A stretch of 64,000 bases of DNA, from NCBI GenBank assembly GCA_045635805.1, contig JAZTWI010000001.1, positions 213,627 through 277,626 of the forward strand. The letters run 5' to 3'. Position numbers and translations under genes: made by a program. Positions 46,401 through 52,854 of the stretch are shown piece after piece. The DNA comes from Clostridia bacterium (GTDB taxonomy: Bacteria; Bacillota; Clostridia; Christensenellales; UBA1242). The notes under the pieces were generated by a model, which saw only the letters and a list, made by a program, of their open reading frames with translations, was not told the DNA's origin and did no database searches. Every line of letters begins with the position of its first letter. The first letter of the stretch is position 1.

Positions 46401-48328
46401 GAGTATTCAACAGAGTATGTTTTATCTTTTAATTCACCACTAGTTATGGTTAGGGTATCGTTTGCGTAATCATACTCAAATGTGAAATCTTCTGCTGGTG
46501 TTGTATGAGTAGCTTCCTGATATAGAGTAGCAGTCCTAGTATTTGGGTTTTCTCTATTTGCAATGAAAAGATAATATGTTTTATCTGAAGTTGCATTTAC
46601 AAAGTAGGTTGTGTCTTCACCAATTGTTTGAGATTGAATAGGGTATGTACCACTAAATACTTTATCTTTAAATTCGATTTTATTGTCTTCTTCGTTATAA
46701 GAATAATCAAATTCACTGGCTGTATTTACTTCTTTTTGGAAGTCCTTGTCTCTATATAATTTTTCGGTATTATCTTTGTCAAAGTAGAAAACGATAGTAT
46801 CTGTGATAGTGACAACTTTTGAAACAGTATCGGTATTTTGTGGTTTTTGTTTATAGATAGAATATAGACTAGTATCTTGTAATTTTGCTATATTTGAGTC
46901 TATCCATCTGTACTCATCAAATACTTCTGTTACATATGTTTTAGTAGTGAATACTGAATCTTCTTGGAATTCAGAAACTTCTTCAATAATAGTAGTTAAT
47001 TTATATTCAAATGTAAATTTGCCAGACTCTAGTAGATTAACAATATTCTCATCATCGTCTACGTTATTATAAGAGTAAACTACGTAGTCTTGGTCTGTGC
47101 TTGAGAAGTATAGATATTCAAGTACGTTGCCATTGTTTGAGTAGTTAGTTAAGATATAAACATCTTTTAGATAAATATCATTATTGTAGAATGTTATCTT
47201 ACCATACTGTTGATATGCAGAATTTACAGTGTAAACACCTGTTGTGAATACAGAAGTAATGTTTTCTGTAATCTCATTGTTTTGTCTAGTATATGCTAGA
47301 TTATATCTACTAGGTGCGTATAAGATAGAAGGCTTATCTCCTGCAAAATTATAGAAATACTCATTGATTGTATTCTTATTAGATGCTCCTAGTGTTGCAC
47401 CTATAATTTCAGGATAATCAGCATAATCTGCACTGTCTAGCATATAGAATGTATATACAAATGACTCGTCAGCTGTAGTTGAGCCGTCAGCTAAAATTCT
47501 TTGGAATGTAAATGTAAATTTATATTGACCAGAAGGATTAACTACTTTGTAGGTAGGGGAGTTCTGTTCTCCTGTAAGTTTTGCAGTAACATTATTTAAA
47601 TCAAAATATTGATACCAATAATAACTAGATTTTGGATTGCCGTCATCATCTGTATATGGAGAATGTATTTCTGGGTCGAGATTTAGAATATGGAAACCTT
47701 CAGCAGTTCTTAGTTCTCCTGTAACAGTTAAGTCAGCTAGTTTAGTCTTGCCATCTTCTTCGGTAGCAGGGGAACCAAATGAAAGGTATAAGTTCTCGAC
47801 ATTATATGTAGATGAAGTTGGGTTCTTATAGTTATCAGAAAGAATAACGAAATCATTATCGTCTATTTCATCGTAAAAAATAGGCTCAAGTTCTTCGTCA
47901 GTAGTTCTAAAGTGAGTAATATTACCAGGAATATAACCACCCAAACCAGAAGGTCTCTCTCTTTCTATGTACTGCATCAATTCTGCATTATTAACCATTA
48001 GAGATACTTCTCCTAAATCGGAAGAATACTCAGCTCCGGCTGTTGTTGCAGTATATAGCCTACTATTAGAGTGGCTTAGGTAACTATACTCGTAAGATTT
48101 ACTATCCGTAGTAAGTCCGTAACCTTCTGCTATTCTAACCTTAGTCTTTGCAGAATTAAATGAGATATTGTACTCATTCATTATCTGGGCTTTTGTTAGG
48201 GCTTTAGCCTGATAGTTGTTTACAGGGGAAATAAATCCTAGTGCAATAACTAATGCCACTAGAACTAGGGTTAGGCTTCCTAACATTGAATTTAATGCAT
48301 TTTTCCAACTAAATCTTTTATTTTTCAT
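37490..48328 (-). CDS. giant cell-surface protein (3,612 aa): signal peptide, huge beta-rich ectodomain, C-terminal TM anchor
   Basis: ATG 48328 sits 9 nt after GGAG (track start 48343 is 5 codons upstream). N-terminus is MKNKRFSW..LTLVLVALVIALGFI..YQAKA|L. C-terminus is IVIIAFAIGIVVAVVLFFLIRKKGRYR. A GxYxhxhxDxxGN motif typical of PKD/HYR-type Ig folds recurs through the body. Confidence 0.85.
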   Translation of the reverse strand: MKNKRFSWKNALNSMLGSLTLVLVALVIALGFISPVNNYQAKALTKAQIMNEYNISFNSAKTKVRIAEGYGLTTDSKSYEYSYLSHSNSRLYTATTAGAEYSSDLGEVSLMVNNAELMQYIERERPSGLGGYIPGNITHFRTTDEELEPIFYDEIDDNDFVILSDNYKNPTSSTYNVENLYLSFGSPATEEDGKTKLADLTVTGELRTAEGFHILNLDPEIHSPYTDDDGNPKSSYYWYQYFDLNNVTAKLTGEQNSPTYKVVNPSGQYKFTFTFQRILADGSTTADESFVYTFYMLDSADYADYPEIIGATLGASNKNTINEYFYNFAGDKPSILYAPSRYNLAYTRQNNEITENITSVFTTGVYTVNSAYQQYGKITFYNNDIYLKDVYILTNYSNNGNVLEYLYFSSTDQDYVVYSYNNVDDDENIVNLLESGKFTFEYKLTTIIEEVSEFQEDSVFTTKTYVTEVFDEYRWIDSNIAKLQDTSLYSIYKQKPQNTDTVSKVVTITDTIVFYFDKDNTEKLYRDKDFQKEVNTASEFDYSYNEEDNKIEFKDKVFSGTYPIQSQTIGEDTTYFVNATSDKTYYLFIANRENPNTRTATLYQEATHTTPAEDFTFEYDYANDTLTITSGELKDKTYSVEYSYSVTGKNAKDLKRLLNAATLAIEYTYEMAFEKLGVYTFEYNYVCPWYNNAIGTVVGTRYSSSNAVSTNRLVPYDYTIPYDTEVIKEPIDHTQSEEGSNSNSNKLYVIFSGYLDAEGKVTINAKNYEYDSSTNKVKVGTDTFDINQITSTDFGSTGILETEYNIDISPDGKTIKLSVKYTLGEVEYTTTPHESKQSSSYYNYKYDDKSIINYFLAGSSTEYSKNVNSTNISNSVAGDAYFHQLIKNIETQDSQYGSGSDTRFIPVINKRTATHVLGADKLSIFGSISYFSKEDAETDSGYAVLEQIDAKEKKNFISDYTSLYLKTNNIANNKLATSTPSAGFSASFVGNGTGQIPLSQVIVTDTQVFWKNYSTLLYTGKVSESKIYKYSTYKDIYGNLDLKPENLEIYDNHDTYFKDIYCKDDGYYEVIIKYTYSYYKELGKLDSEAAGTQFYQVFVFVVDNNSPKLYFDVETGEVDGEGNPEYETLLPSSYTNKVVRISWLVPTYFQNNIYIEVNKENFEGISTDIPFRARFDGENPDGMLPIVMSGATNETYVRTISTFTKSEDKSRYYVTFRLPGDRPDWNLDGHYSITIYYGSENTDGTKPSVTQKYTSDNKKIAGMKVVPVMLNDQGFYVVNDELQLKANQQIVNTDFTFRYSPKASGAQIFTYWHKITFNRTSDYDDLLQFSNNKSGITTNFALLGTDPEIEIGKLYNYNYETTNRVANGNYFTNSTSCMYLFRMKDEAGNECRYVIYFDNTSPRSIVDPKPNNKNNIVSDVTTVTWGDYKAIKVNATDLALYEESITEYTKIEYTAENPVNRLKEALSYINSATGGKFNNAKLEKVGDDYYILIPIQKAQITDEEGKVSAISDVNKYYFFPNTPISPRIQVTSGTNAGFYYVTGSTVLIGDTVYYVKTDTQGNTKTYKLFIDAELTREVASSVFTYTVDDSTIKLPTYDQNGKIAVDASGIIFDNYIYNKQQTQLSTTLDFYGDVAREYITTIYGDLNTALSGVSGTGLYYYAIFDDLGNNSLGDLWMNLDKTQTLSYATFKNSDTLAKATGLTGEAAKSYAAAKLYISSLENTKEDQKVIPDYSLTYTYYAYNASFYENYAITDVEYVEPTADDSATYLRITFSNGTETKVIDMKIFDEDGNRHHSISYPYDMKGSAVISDTQGNPKHIYTESLSDYTEPQDELTERVFSSVINPSVDTATGEIITQEGLYIFKREYDKGIAPEVLGTDTRIIYRIYYVDRNGIISVPVNDNAASSLYNIGSDIEFLLGSNYKDTENQKLITANNIQNNQTSNNTGYSNSSFTSSNLFSTNKVETKFTLTTDKYNFADFYNSYIALLSKETKLADAVSKSLLNKALYENIFKLDLVLNKGANGTKIIDETNVNADAKYNSTLMKKYITEYQNMNSVDSRLNENSFFYGDSLNSYYITLSDQSGHILREANDKGDLEVKALNHQPNNLQITFNIKHTAPLGEMYGKYYGEINYDEDNGGTSSSIPITTTDNGSQLAGTYALISHYLSEEAGQLKSLSDNQSPVTGVTGSTVSLLSTNNETLVFLFSITNDEYMAKIDINNIQVYQNDVSEDNLLFNRHLDTTTGVVKNHTTKLVPSQARQDGSFICNVIGDTTYYAIIIFDNNLDDILNTDEKENYSNFRLLDSNENVDLANYYIKIHYVGLEDNYQAELEGQTVSYYSTTYEITVDRIKPKYNLVQLMNLDRYTYKGNVTTTGKEYEQLFDEYSPYYNFTYDEKTEFYSSDLEKYFFAVDSRANSTFTFKSVDKLDSVNGFYIRPLGTDISNYKFSYTPDDYIIYNDAQLRGEHNQFVPSNATSILFNDSHNRYYPTSFQYNQYYYCPYIDNEMSVNHMLTQGIVKTGEYYEILETDEAGNYRVYGIYIHDATYDGVNYKYQAYNGAEFKTGSVTYKGSIASVGGISFDFINYTTSDLFIKAIIDVQSGKLNEKLYLYYNPNTKELTLTDANNNPLEIVSDVTTDTYIHDFLELINEKIVDYNEIISDKNSPYYSEYGYIVDLSIVDRLGIPASYDTKILNNYIITYSVAGSEIVPVFTNKAVNFEMYIPSMRGSTYITKVKASQFNKEWLEKDVDSEGNQFTKHSNEFKTKGARYILTKGVYRFEITDNFGRTSIYFHEFGISSSQTGGSIRYYGSYAKHSDNFTYTGEMFSYTYDSSVYDVFIRFTGENADTNQYCSGEEIYGSNSKYSQEALRQFGIQSVITTNNITTITFVGVSKTRALSKYEIKTILASTANDYTWGDELNNNNIFVYDYKMAIYTAVQKVTVRNMKGVTLDTNTHLNLTEDFQLVLSWDTILTSERIDFGTQIELVRRYTENNITRTQTYRVNSDYIVTLPGEYTAKAINSLGRESEEISFTRGDGEITMYAVYAISNNGKTQKKLDPSNYTTVNGTDNKTEFHYFITDNYFNYVDLESGNPITKDVIYDDGITLSQIMGINKQKGIYLDVRVNSNLNLNADIVSYEYIDTDGLGTQYEYVVKYQVYSNVQSADSYVYRYVIIHFLPATTTHLLDTKVVDIGTLDNKLVENENVVQSVAANGMKITFTLSATSPDYQYIEGNTLYLERYYNNELIETIVLDVLNVSEGGVSYTFTVKNVGLHQFAVRDLAGRQHIFSTLPTAKNNTSLLYIYLINQILYEVNGESPINNQVFNEPIELKIISELDGLTLYDTESLGISVYKNGVQITVTNEKGVLNLTEQGYYTIDIVATTELSSSTVTNQEISSSYSFAIIREDIARNSFNISKGSNFVIENVTKIVMNERYDVTQEFLKSPNGIADSGNKYASSLIWLAFNEQQNSSYEITLKSYNTITYQYIPFTFKVWINDEKPVIQSNIESGIESRETIELYYNPGLIYEQVGAARVEINGVTYATIDKNSEIVVNTVTLEKAGEFVVKVISDDGTVLSTYKFIKVDPLNSTTKIVIIAFAIGIVVAVVLFFLIRKKGRYR

Positions 48329-48397
48329 TACTAAAATCTCCATTTTTCTTCAAGTGTCGTAAAATAAATTAATTTAATTCAAAATTTCTACTAAATA

Positions 48398-48426
48398 ATT
48401 TTACCACAACCATCAAAATCTGACAA
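48398..48426 (-). promoter_or_regulatory. sigma-A-type promoter of the giant gene
   Basis: Minus strand reads TTGTCA-17 nt-TAAAAT, about 70 nt upstream of ATG 48328. Confidence 0.5.
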
Positions 48427-48560
48427 ATGAAATAAGATATATAAGTATAATTTATATATATATATTTTATATATAAGAGTCGAAAGTATGCATACTCTCC
48501 ATGGTGAAGGGGGCTTGAAAATATAATATTACAGAAAAATAAATATTTTTGAAAAAATTG

Positions 48561-48589
48561 TTGACAACGGCAATATTTTCTATTATAAT
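48561..48589 (+). promoter_or_regulatory. sigma-A promoter of tRNA-Glu
   Basis: TTGACA-17 nt-TATAAT, perfect hexamers, 25 nt before the tRNA. Confidence 0.6.
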
Positions 48590-48614
48590 ATTTTCGTTAA
48601 TTTGCAAAGATTAT

Positions 48615-48689
48615 GGTCCCATGGTCAAGAGGTTAAGACACCACCCTTTCACGGTGGTAACAGGGGTTCGATTCCCCTTGGGACTACCA
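48615..48689 (+). tRNA. tRNA-Glu (anticodon UUC), CCA encoded
   Basis: GGUCCCAUGGUCAAGAGGUUAAGACACCACCCUUUCACGGUGGUAACAGGGGUUCGAUUCCCCUUGGGACUACCA. Anticodon arm is CCACC-CUUUCAC-GGUGG. Confidence 0.9.
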
Positions 48690-48695
48690 GTTATA

Positions 48696-48723
48696 AGAGA
48701 TAGAGAAGTCTATCTCTTTTTTT
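48696..48723 (+). terminator. Rho-independent terminator after tRNA-Glu
   Basis: AGAGATAGA-GAAG-TCTATCTCT followed by T7. Confidence 0.8.
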
Positions 48724-48937
48724 GTTTTCTAAAAAATAAAACCACAGACTAAATAATGTCCGTGGTTTTTTATAAATTTAAAAAGGCTAGATATAGCACT
48801 ATATAAAATATTTGCATATTATTTTAAAATCTCAAAAGGGCAAAAAAAAATTACTAACACAAGGTTGTAATTTTTTTCTACATAATAAATTATGTAATAG
48901 AGAAAAAGTATAAAAGGGGAATAGGCTTTTTCTCTAA

Positions 48938-49014
48938 TGGTAGCGGCGGTGGGACTCGAACCTACGACCTTTCGGGTATGAACCGAATGCTATAGCCAAC
49001 TAAGCTACGCCGCC
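48938..49014 (-). tRNA. tRNA-Met (CAU), elongator type (Ile2-lysidine identity not excluded)
   Basis: Reverse complement GGCGGCGUAGCUUAGUUGGCUAUAGCAUUCGGUUCAUACCCGAAAGGUCGUAGGUUCGAGUCCCACCGCCGCUACCA. There is one A-C mismatch in the T stem. Confidence 0.8.
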
Positions 49015-49032
49015 ATAGTGAAATACTCAATT

Positions 49033-49061
49033 ATATTACAATATGTTAGGTGGTTTGTCAA
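49033..49061 (-). promoter_or_regulatory. sigma-A promoter of tRNA-Met
   Basis: Minus strand reads TTGACA-17 nt-TAATAT, about 18 nt before the tRNA 5' end. Confidence 0.55.
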
Positions 49062-49131
49062 GAGTTTTTCGATAAAATTTCTAATAATTCTATACGATTT
49101 TGATAAATAAAAAAGGTGTAATTGATTAAAA

Positions 49132-49156
49132 CAAAAAAAAAACGCAATTAAGCGTC
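49132..49156 (-). terminator. terminator after tRNA-fMet
   Basis: Minus strand GACGC-UUAAUU-GCGUU followed by a long U run (plus-strand A run 49133-49142). Confidence 0.5.
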
Positions 49157-49162
49157 TTAGAA

Positions 49163-49240
49163 TGGTAGCGGGGGTGGGATTCGAACCACACGACCTTCGG
49201 GTTATGAGCCCGACGAGCGACCGAGCTGCTCCTCCCCGCG
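49163..49240 (-). tRNA. initiator tRNA-fMet (CAU), CCA encoded
   Basis: CGCGGGG... start gives a C1-U72 mismatch. The anticodon stem has three G-C pairs (UCGGG-CUCAUAA-CCCGA). It is 78 nt long, and the T stem GUG(U)GG/CCCAC carries an extra U. Confidence 0.85.
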
Positions 49241-49398
49241 ATATATATTGTATAGGCATATTGCCTTGACAACGATAGTAGTATAGCACTCCTAATTATC
49301 AAAAGTCAATAACTTTTCCAAAAAAAATTTTTGAAAGCAGAAAATTTTGCTTTTTTCTACAAAATATTGATTTTTAACTAATTTTCCGTGTTTGATAA

Positions 49399-49686
49399 TT
49401 ATTTATTTGTATACCAAACTTCTTCTGCTGAGCCCCAGGTTAGAGACTCTCTAGCATACTCTTCTAGGAATTCGCTTCTATTATTATCATAGTAGGAATT
49501 AGAAGTATTATAATTGTAAATCTCTTGAATTAAAGCTTGTTTTTCGGCTTCTAGGTTATTAGTTTCTCTCTTGTAATTAGAGATTTGTATGAATTGACAA
49601 GACAAAATAATAATGCATACAAACATTACTATCATTGTGAGTATTGTGGTTATTCTAACAAATTTTACTCTATTGTCCCTTTTCAC
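49399..49686 (-). CDS. divIC: septum formation initiator (DivIC/FtsB-like)
   Basis: 95 aa with an N-terminal TM segment, a coiled coil (NLEAEKQALIQEI) and a C-terminal YARESL...EEVWY. Sits in the position downstream of yabQ as in B. subtilis. Confidence 0.6.
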   Translation of the reverse strand: MKRDNRVKFVRITTILTMIVMFVCIIILSCQFIQISNYKRETNNLEAEKQALIQEIYNYNTSNSYYDNNRSEFLEEYARESLTWGSAEEVWYTNK

Positions 49687-50048
49687 TTAAATATAACCTT
49701 GCCAAATCTACTTTTTTTAATGTTCTTATAGAGAATTACTAGTCTATTATACACCCATTTATGACCTTTGGCAAACAATTTGTCCATAATTAATATGTCA
49801 AGACCTATTCCTACAAGGTATGCAATTAGTAAAAAAAGTCGAAATTCTCCCATATTTATATAGTTGACTAAATATGTAAATACGATAGCAAAAAATAGCA
49901 TAAATATAATATCAAGTGGTATTTTAATTGCTAATTTATTTCTGATGAATTGAGATGAAGTCATTAAAGAAAATATTAAACCAACTATGTATCCTGCAAG
50001 TAATAGAACTGCAAAGTCTCTCATTTGTAATACGTAAGATAATTTCAC
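49683..50048 (-). CDS. yabQ: spore cortex biosynthesis protein YabQ-like
   Basis: 121 aa, 3-4 TM segments, NMGEFRLFLLIAYLVG motif. 4-nt overlaps with both neighbouring genes. Confidence 0.55.
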   Translation of the reverse strand: MKLSYVLQMRDFAVLLLAGYIVGLIFSLMTSSQFIRNKLAIKIPLDIIFMLFFAIVFTYLVNYINMGEFRLFLLIAYLVGIGLDILIMDKLFAKGHKWVYNRLVILYKNIKKSRFGKVIFK

Positions 50049-50320
50049 TTAAAAATCCTTCTTAAGATATTGGTTTCTTTGCCGTATGTAATCTTTTCAA
50101 ATTTGCCTTCGGCTTCTAATATTTCAGAGTCTATATCTAATTTAAGGATATTAATATCACTTCCCAATATATTTAGGGTGGTGTCTTTTAATTTTAAGGT
50201 TATATTTGTATCACTAGACGATAAAATCTCGGTTATTCCAGACAAATTTAAGTGTTTTCTGTTGGTTAGGTTAATAGATTCGTTTTTAATGTCATTTGAG
50301 TTGTTTGAAATTTTTTCCAT
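50045..50320 (-). CDS. yabP: sporulation protein YabP
   Basis: 91 aa with the pattern LNLSGITEILSSSDTNITLKLKDTTLNILGSDINILKLDIDSEILEAEGKFEKITY. AAGGAG RBS. Confidence 0.7.
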   Translation of the reverse strand: MEKISNNSNDIKNESINLTNRKHLNLSGITEILSSSDTNITLKLKDTTLNILGSDINILKLDIDSEILEAEGKFEKITYGKETNILRRIFK

Positions 50321-50345
50321 ATTTCTCCTTCATTATTTTTTATAA

Positions 50346-50374
50346 ATGATATGAGTAAAAGGATAGAAATATGA
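50346..50374 (-). promoter_or_regulatory. candidate sigma-E-type sporulation promoter of yabP operon
   Basis: Minus strand reads TCATATT-14 nt-CATATCAT, compared with the B. subtilis sigma-E consensus (T/G)HATAWW-14-CATACAHT. Confidence 0.35.
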
Positions 50375-50444
50375 AGTTTGGGCTAATTTTACTTTGAAAG
50401 ATTTTTTATTTGTTGTAATATTTAATATATAAAAGAGGGGTAAA

Positions 50445-51623
50445 ATGGAAGAAGAAGTTAAAAAGGATATCGAAATAGAAGAAAATAAGAAAGAAAAACC
50501 GAAAAAAGAAAAGGTAAAAAAAACACAGCCAGAAGAAACTCTATATACTAGTTTAGTAGCTAAATATAGTGATATGCATAGTTCAAAAAATGCTCTTTAT
50601 TACGTTAGTATTATACTAGTTAATATGGCGGTATTGGTTTTAGCAATGCTATGGCTAAATAATAAGCACTCGGTAGTTAGTTTTGATGCGATAAAGTTAA
50701 ATCTTGACTCTACCTATATAATACTAATGTGTTGTGTGTTTGTTCTAATAAAAATGATTCAAACGGTGTCATTATTTATTAGTTATCACTTTAAATCTAG
50801 AGCAAATAATTTCGGTAAAATGTATATTGCCAATGCTTATAGCGACTTTTACGGTAATATGACAATGTTCTCAAGTGGTAGAAATGCTGCATTAGTTGGT
50901 GCATTATCTACTACAAAGATTAAACCACAACACTTAATATCTGTTACTTACGAGAAAAAATACTATAATTTATTCACTTTCTTGATTATATCGTCAATTA
51001 TGATTTTAGTGGGCGCTTTCAAATGGGAAGCTATACTGCATGTATTAGTTACGCTTGTTTGTTTCTTTACAATCATTTGTGGTTTTATGTATTTGTTGTA
51101 TATTCGTATGACCAGAAGTGATAAAGAAAGAAGTTTAAATATTTGTTCATTTGTTGCTAGAGTTCTTTCTAAAATTGGTATTGTAAAAGATTTTGAAAAA
51201 TCGTATTTTGCCATGGTTGATAAAACAATGGTTACAGCAAAAGCAAATAGGGTATCGTGGAAAGCAAAAATATTAAATATGTTATCATCACTTGTTGTTA
51301 TTGCACTTAGAGCTATGGTGGTATTTTTGATATTTAGTTCTCTTGGATTATCTACAGCTGAATATTACTTTAAGTCATTGTGGATATTATTAGTACTTGA
51401 TATTGTAATGATGGTATGGCCATTCCCAAGGGGAATAGTTATTGTTGATATATTATTAATATCTATTATTAGTAAAATGTTATATCCAGATTACATTTGG
51501 TATGTGCTAGTACTATATAAATTATTTGAAAATATTATCTATGCATTACATTATGTTATTGTCTTGATAATAGATAAGATTGTAAACAAAGTAAAGAACA
51601 AAAAACAAATTAGTAAAGAGTAA
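50445..51623 (+). CDS. polytopic membrane protein (possibly flippase-like/UPF0104), K/E-rich N-terminus
   Basis: 392 aa with a GAGGGG RBS and about 8 hydrophobic segments. The family assignment is tentative. Confidence 0.45.
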   Translation: MEEEVKKDIEIEENKKEKPKKEKVKKTQPEETLYTSLVAKYSDMHSSKNALYYVSIILVNMAVLVLAMLWLNNKHSVVSFDAIKLNLDSTYIILMCCVFVLIKMIQTVSLFISYHFKSRANNFGKMYIANAYSDFYGNMTMFSSGRNAALVGALSTTKIKPQHLISVTYEKKYYNLFTFLIISSIMILVGAFKWEAILHVLVTLVCFFTIICGFMYLLYIRMTRSDKERSLNICSFVARVLSKIGIVKDFEKSYFAMVDKTMVTAKANRVSWKAKILNMLSSLVVIALRAMVVFLIFSSLGLSTAEYYFKSLWILLVLDIVMMVWPFPRGIVIVDILLISIISKMLYPDYIWYVLVLYKLFENIIYALHYVIVLIIDKIVNKVKNKKQISKE

Positions 51624-51630
51624 ATAAAAT

Positions 51631-51660
51631 AAAAGACTGTGAAAATTCACAGTCTTTTTT
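51631..51660. terminator. bidirectional terminator
   Basis: AAGACTGTGAA-AA-TTCACAGTCTT flanked by an A run and a T run. Confidence 0.8.
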
Positions 51661-52711
51661 ATGTGAGTGGAGATAGTCTATACTTGGTATCATAAATAAA
51701 TTTGCAATCAAAAAATCTCAAGAGTTCAGATTGATTATTTCTAAGTGATTCTCCGTTAATCGGAATTTTACTAATTAGTACCTGATTGTCCAAATTGTTA
51801 ATTTTATTTGTAAAGTCATTGTAAAGGCATATATTGAAATTATTGTTTGCTAATTCTTCCATTTTGCTTGTGTCTAGTTCTCCCTTTGGAAAAGAGTATA
51901 GGGGAGTATTTTTTATTATAGGTAAAATTTCTTTTTGCCAAAGACTGAGTTCCTTCTTAAATTCTAGAAGGGACTTTTGTGTGTCGCTAGAATATTTGTA
52001 ATTGTTGCAACCAAACACCCAACCGTTTTTTCTCAATGTCTCGACTATCTCTGTCACTCTCTCTATCTCATATCTGCTACTAGCATTTTTTTGATTTGTA
52101 TTATAACCGAGCAGTCCGTCTTCTCCTGAGAAGAATAAAATTCCTTTTGCGTTATTAAAAGAAAAGTCTGGGTGGTAACATATAAAATTCTCTAAAATTA
52201 CTAAAAATTCGTTATCGTATTGTATTCTATCTTGAATACTTTTTTTAGTTGTATAGGTAGCAATTTTATTATTTCTGTCAATAATAATTTTATCTATCTC
52301 ACCATGGTTTTGATAGTTACTTTTATACGTTACATTTTCAAAAGAAAGTATGATTGGTTTTTTGTTTTTTGGTAGGTTTTTTGAGTCTATTTTTACTTCA
52401 TTATTTTGTACGTTTAATATATCAAAAATGCTTACTAAAATATAGTTGTTTTCATATAAACTTTGTAGGATTTTTTCGAATTCAAAAGTAGTAATTTTTT
52501 CTCTATCAAAAGTATTGTTTAGTTTGTTGTTTTGACTCAATGCTTTTTCAGGAAAGGCCATTAAGGTATTGAAGCTAAGAATGTCAATATGGGTGTCGTT
52601 TTCGCTACTAAATTTGGATATAAAAAAGTAACCACAAAATATAAAGTGTGATAAAAATAGTAGAATTATTATTGAAAACAAAAGTATGTTTTTAAAGTGT
52701 TTATTTTTCAT
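51659..52711 (-). CDS. hypothetical N-terminally anchored protein (distant polysaccharide-deacetylase-like? uncertain)
   Basis: 350 aa with one N-terminal TM segment. NodB-type motifs are not convincingly present. Confidence 0.4.
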   Translation of the reverse strand: MKNKHFKNILLFSIIILLFLSHFIFCGYFFISKFSSENDTHIDILSFNTLMAFPEKALSQNNKLNNTFDREKITTFEFEKILQSLYENNYILVSIFDILNVQNNEVKIDSKNLPKNKKPIILSFENVTYKSNYQNHGEIDKIIIDRNNKIATYTTKKSIQDRIQYDNEFLVILENFICYHPDFSFNNAKGILFFSGEDGLLGYNTNQKNASSRYEIERVTEIVETLRKNGWVFGCNNYKYSSDTQKSLLEFKKELSLWQKEILPIIKNTPLYSFPKGELDTSKMEELANNNFNICLYNDFTNKINNLDNQVLISKIPINGESLRNNQSELLRFFDCKFIYDTKYRLSPLT

Positions 52712-52741
52712 AAAATGCCTAAAAGTTTACTTATATCTATG

Positions 52742-52779
52742 ACTTATTGTCTAAAACAATATACATAATGACAATAAGT
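52742..52779. repeat. 10-bp perfect inverted repeat in divergent intergenic region
   Basis: ACTTATTGTC (52742-52751) and GACAATAAGT (52770-52779), with an 18-nt spacer. Confidence 0.7.
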
Positions 52780-52854
52780 ATTAGTAAAACCTTAAAATTT
52801 GTGTCTAATTTATTTTATGTAATTTTGTAAAATTTATATTGTTTTTGGAGATAT

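Noticed and set aside
48453-48464. (TA)6 dinucleotide tract about 30 nt upstream of the giant-gene -35 box as a slipped-strand phase-variation switch.
   Set aside because: There are only six units, and the tract lies outside the -35/-10 spacer. Such tracts are expected by chance in intergenic DNA this AT-rich, and it more likely acts as an UP-element-like A/T tract.
49244-49272. TTGTCA-17-AATATA promoter for tRNA-fMet.
   Set aside because: This geometry would place the transcription start inside the mature tRNA. Alternative -10 choices give non-canonical 14-nt or 16-nt spacers.
48549-49289. Track ORFs 48549-48752 and 49005-49289.
   Set aside because: They overlap tRNA-Glu and the tRNA-Met/fMet genes together with their promoters and terminators. 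They are artefacts of stop-free structured RNA regions.
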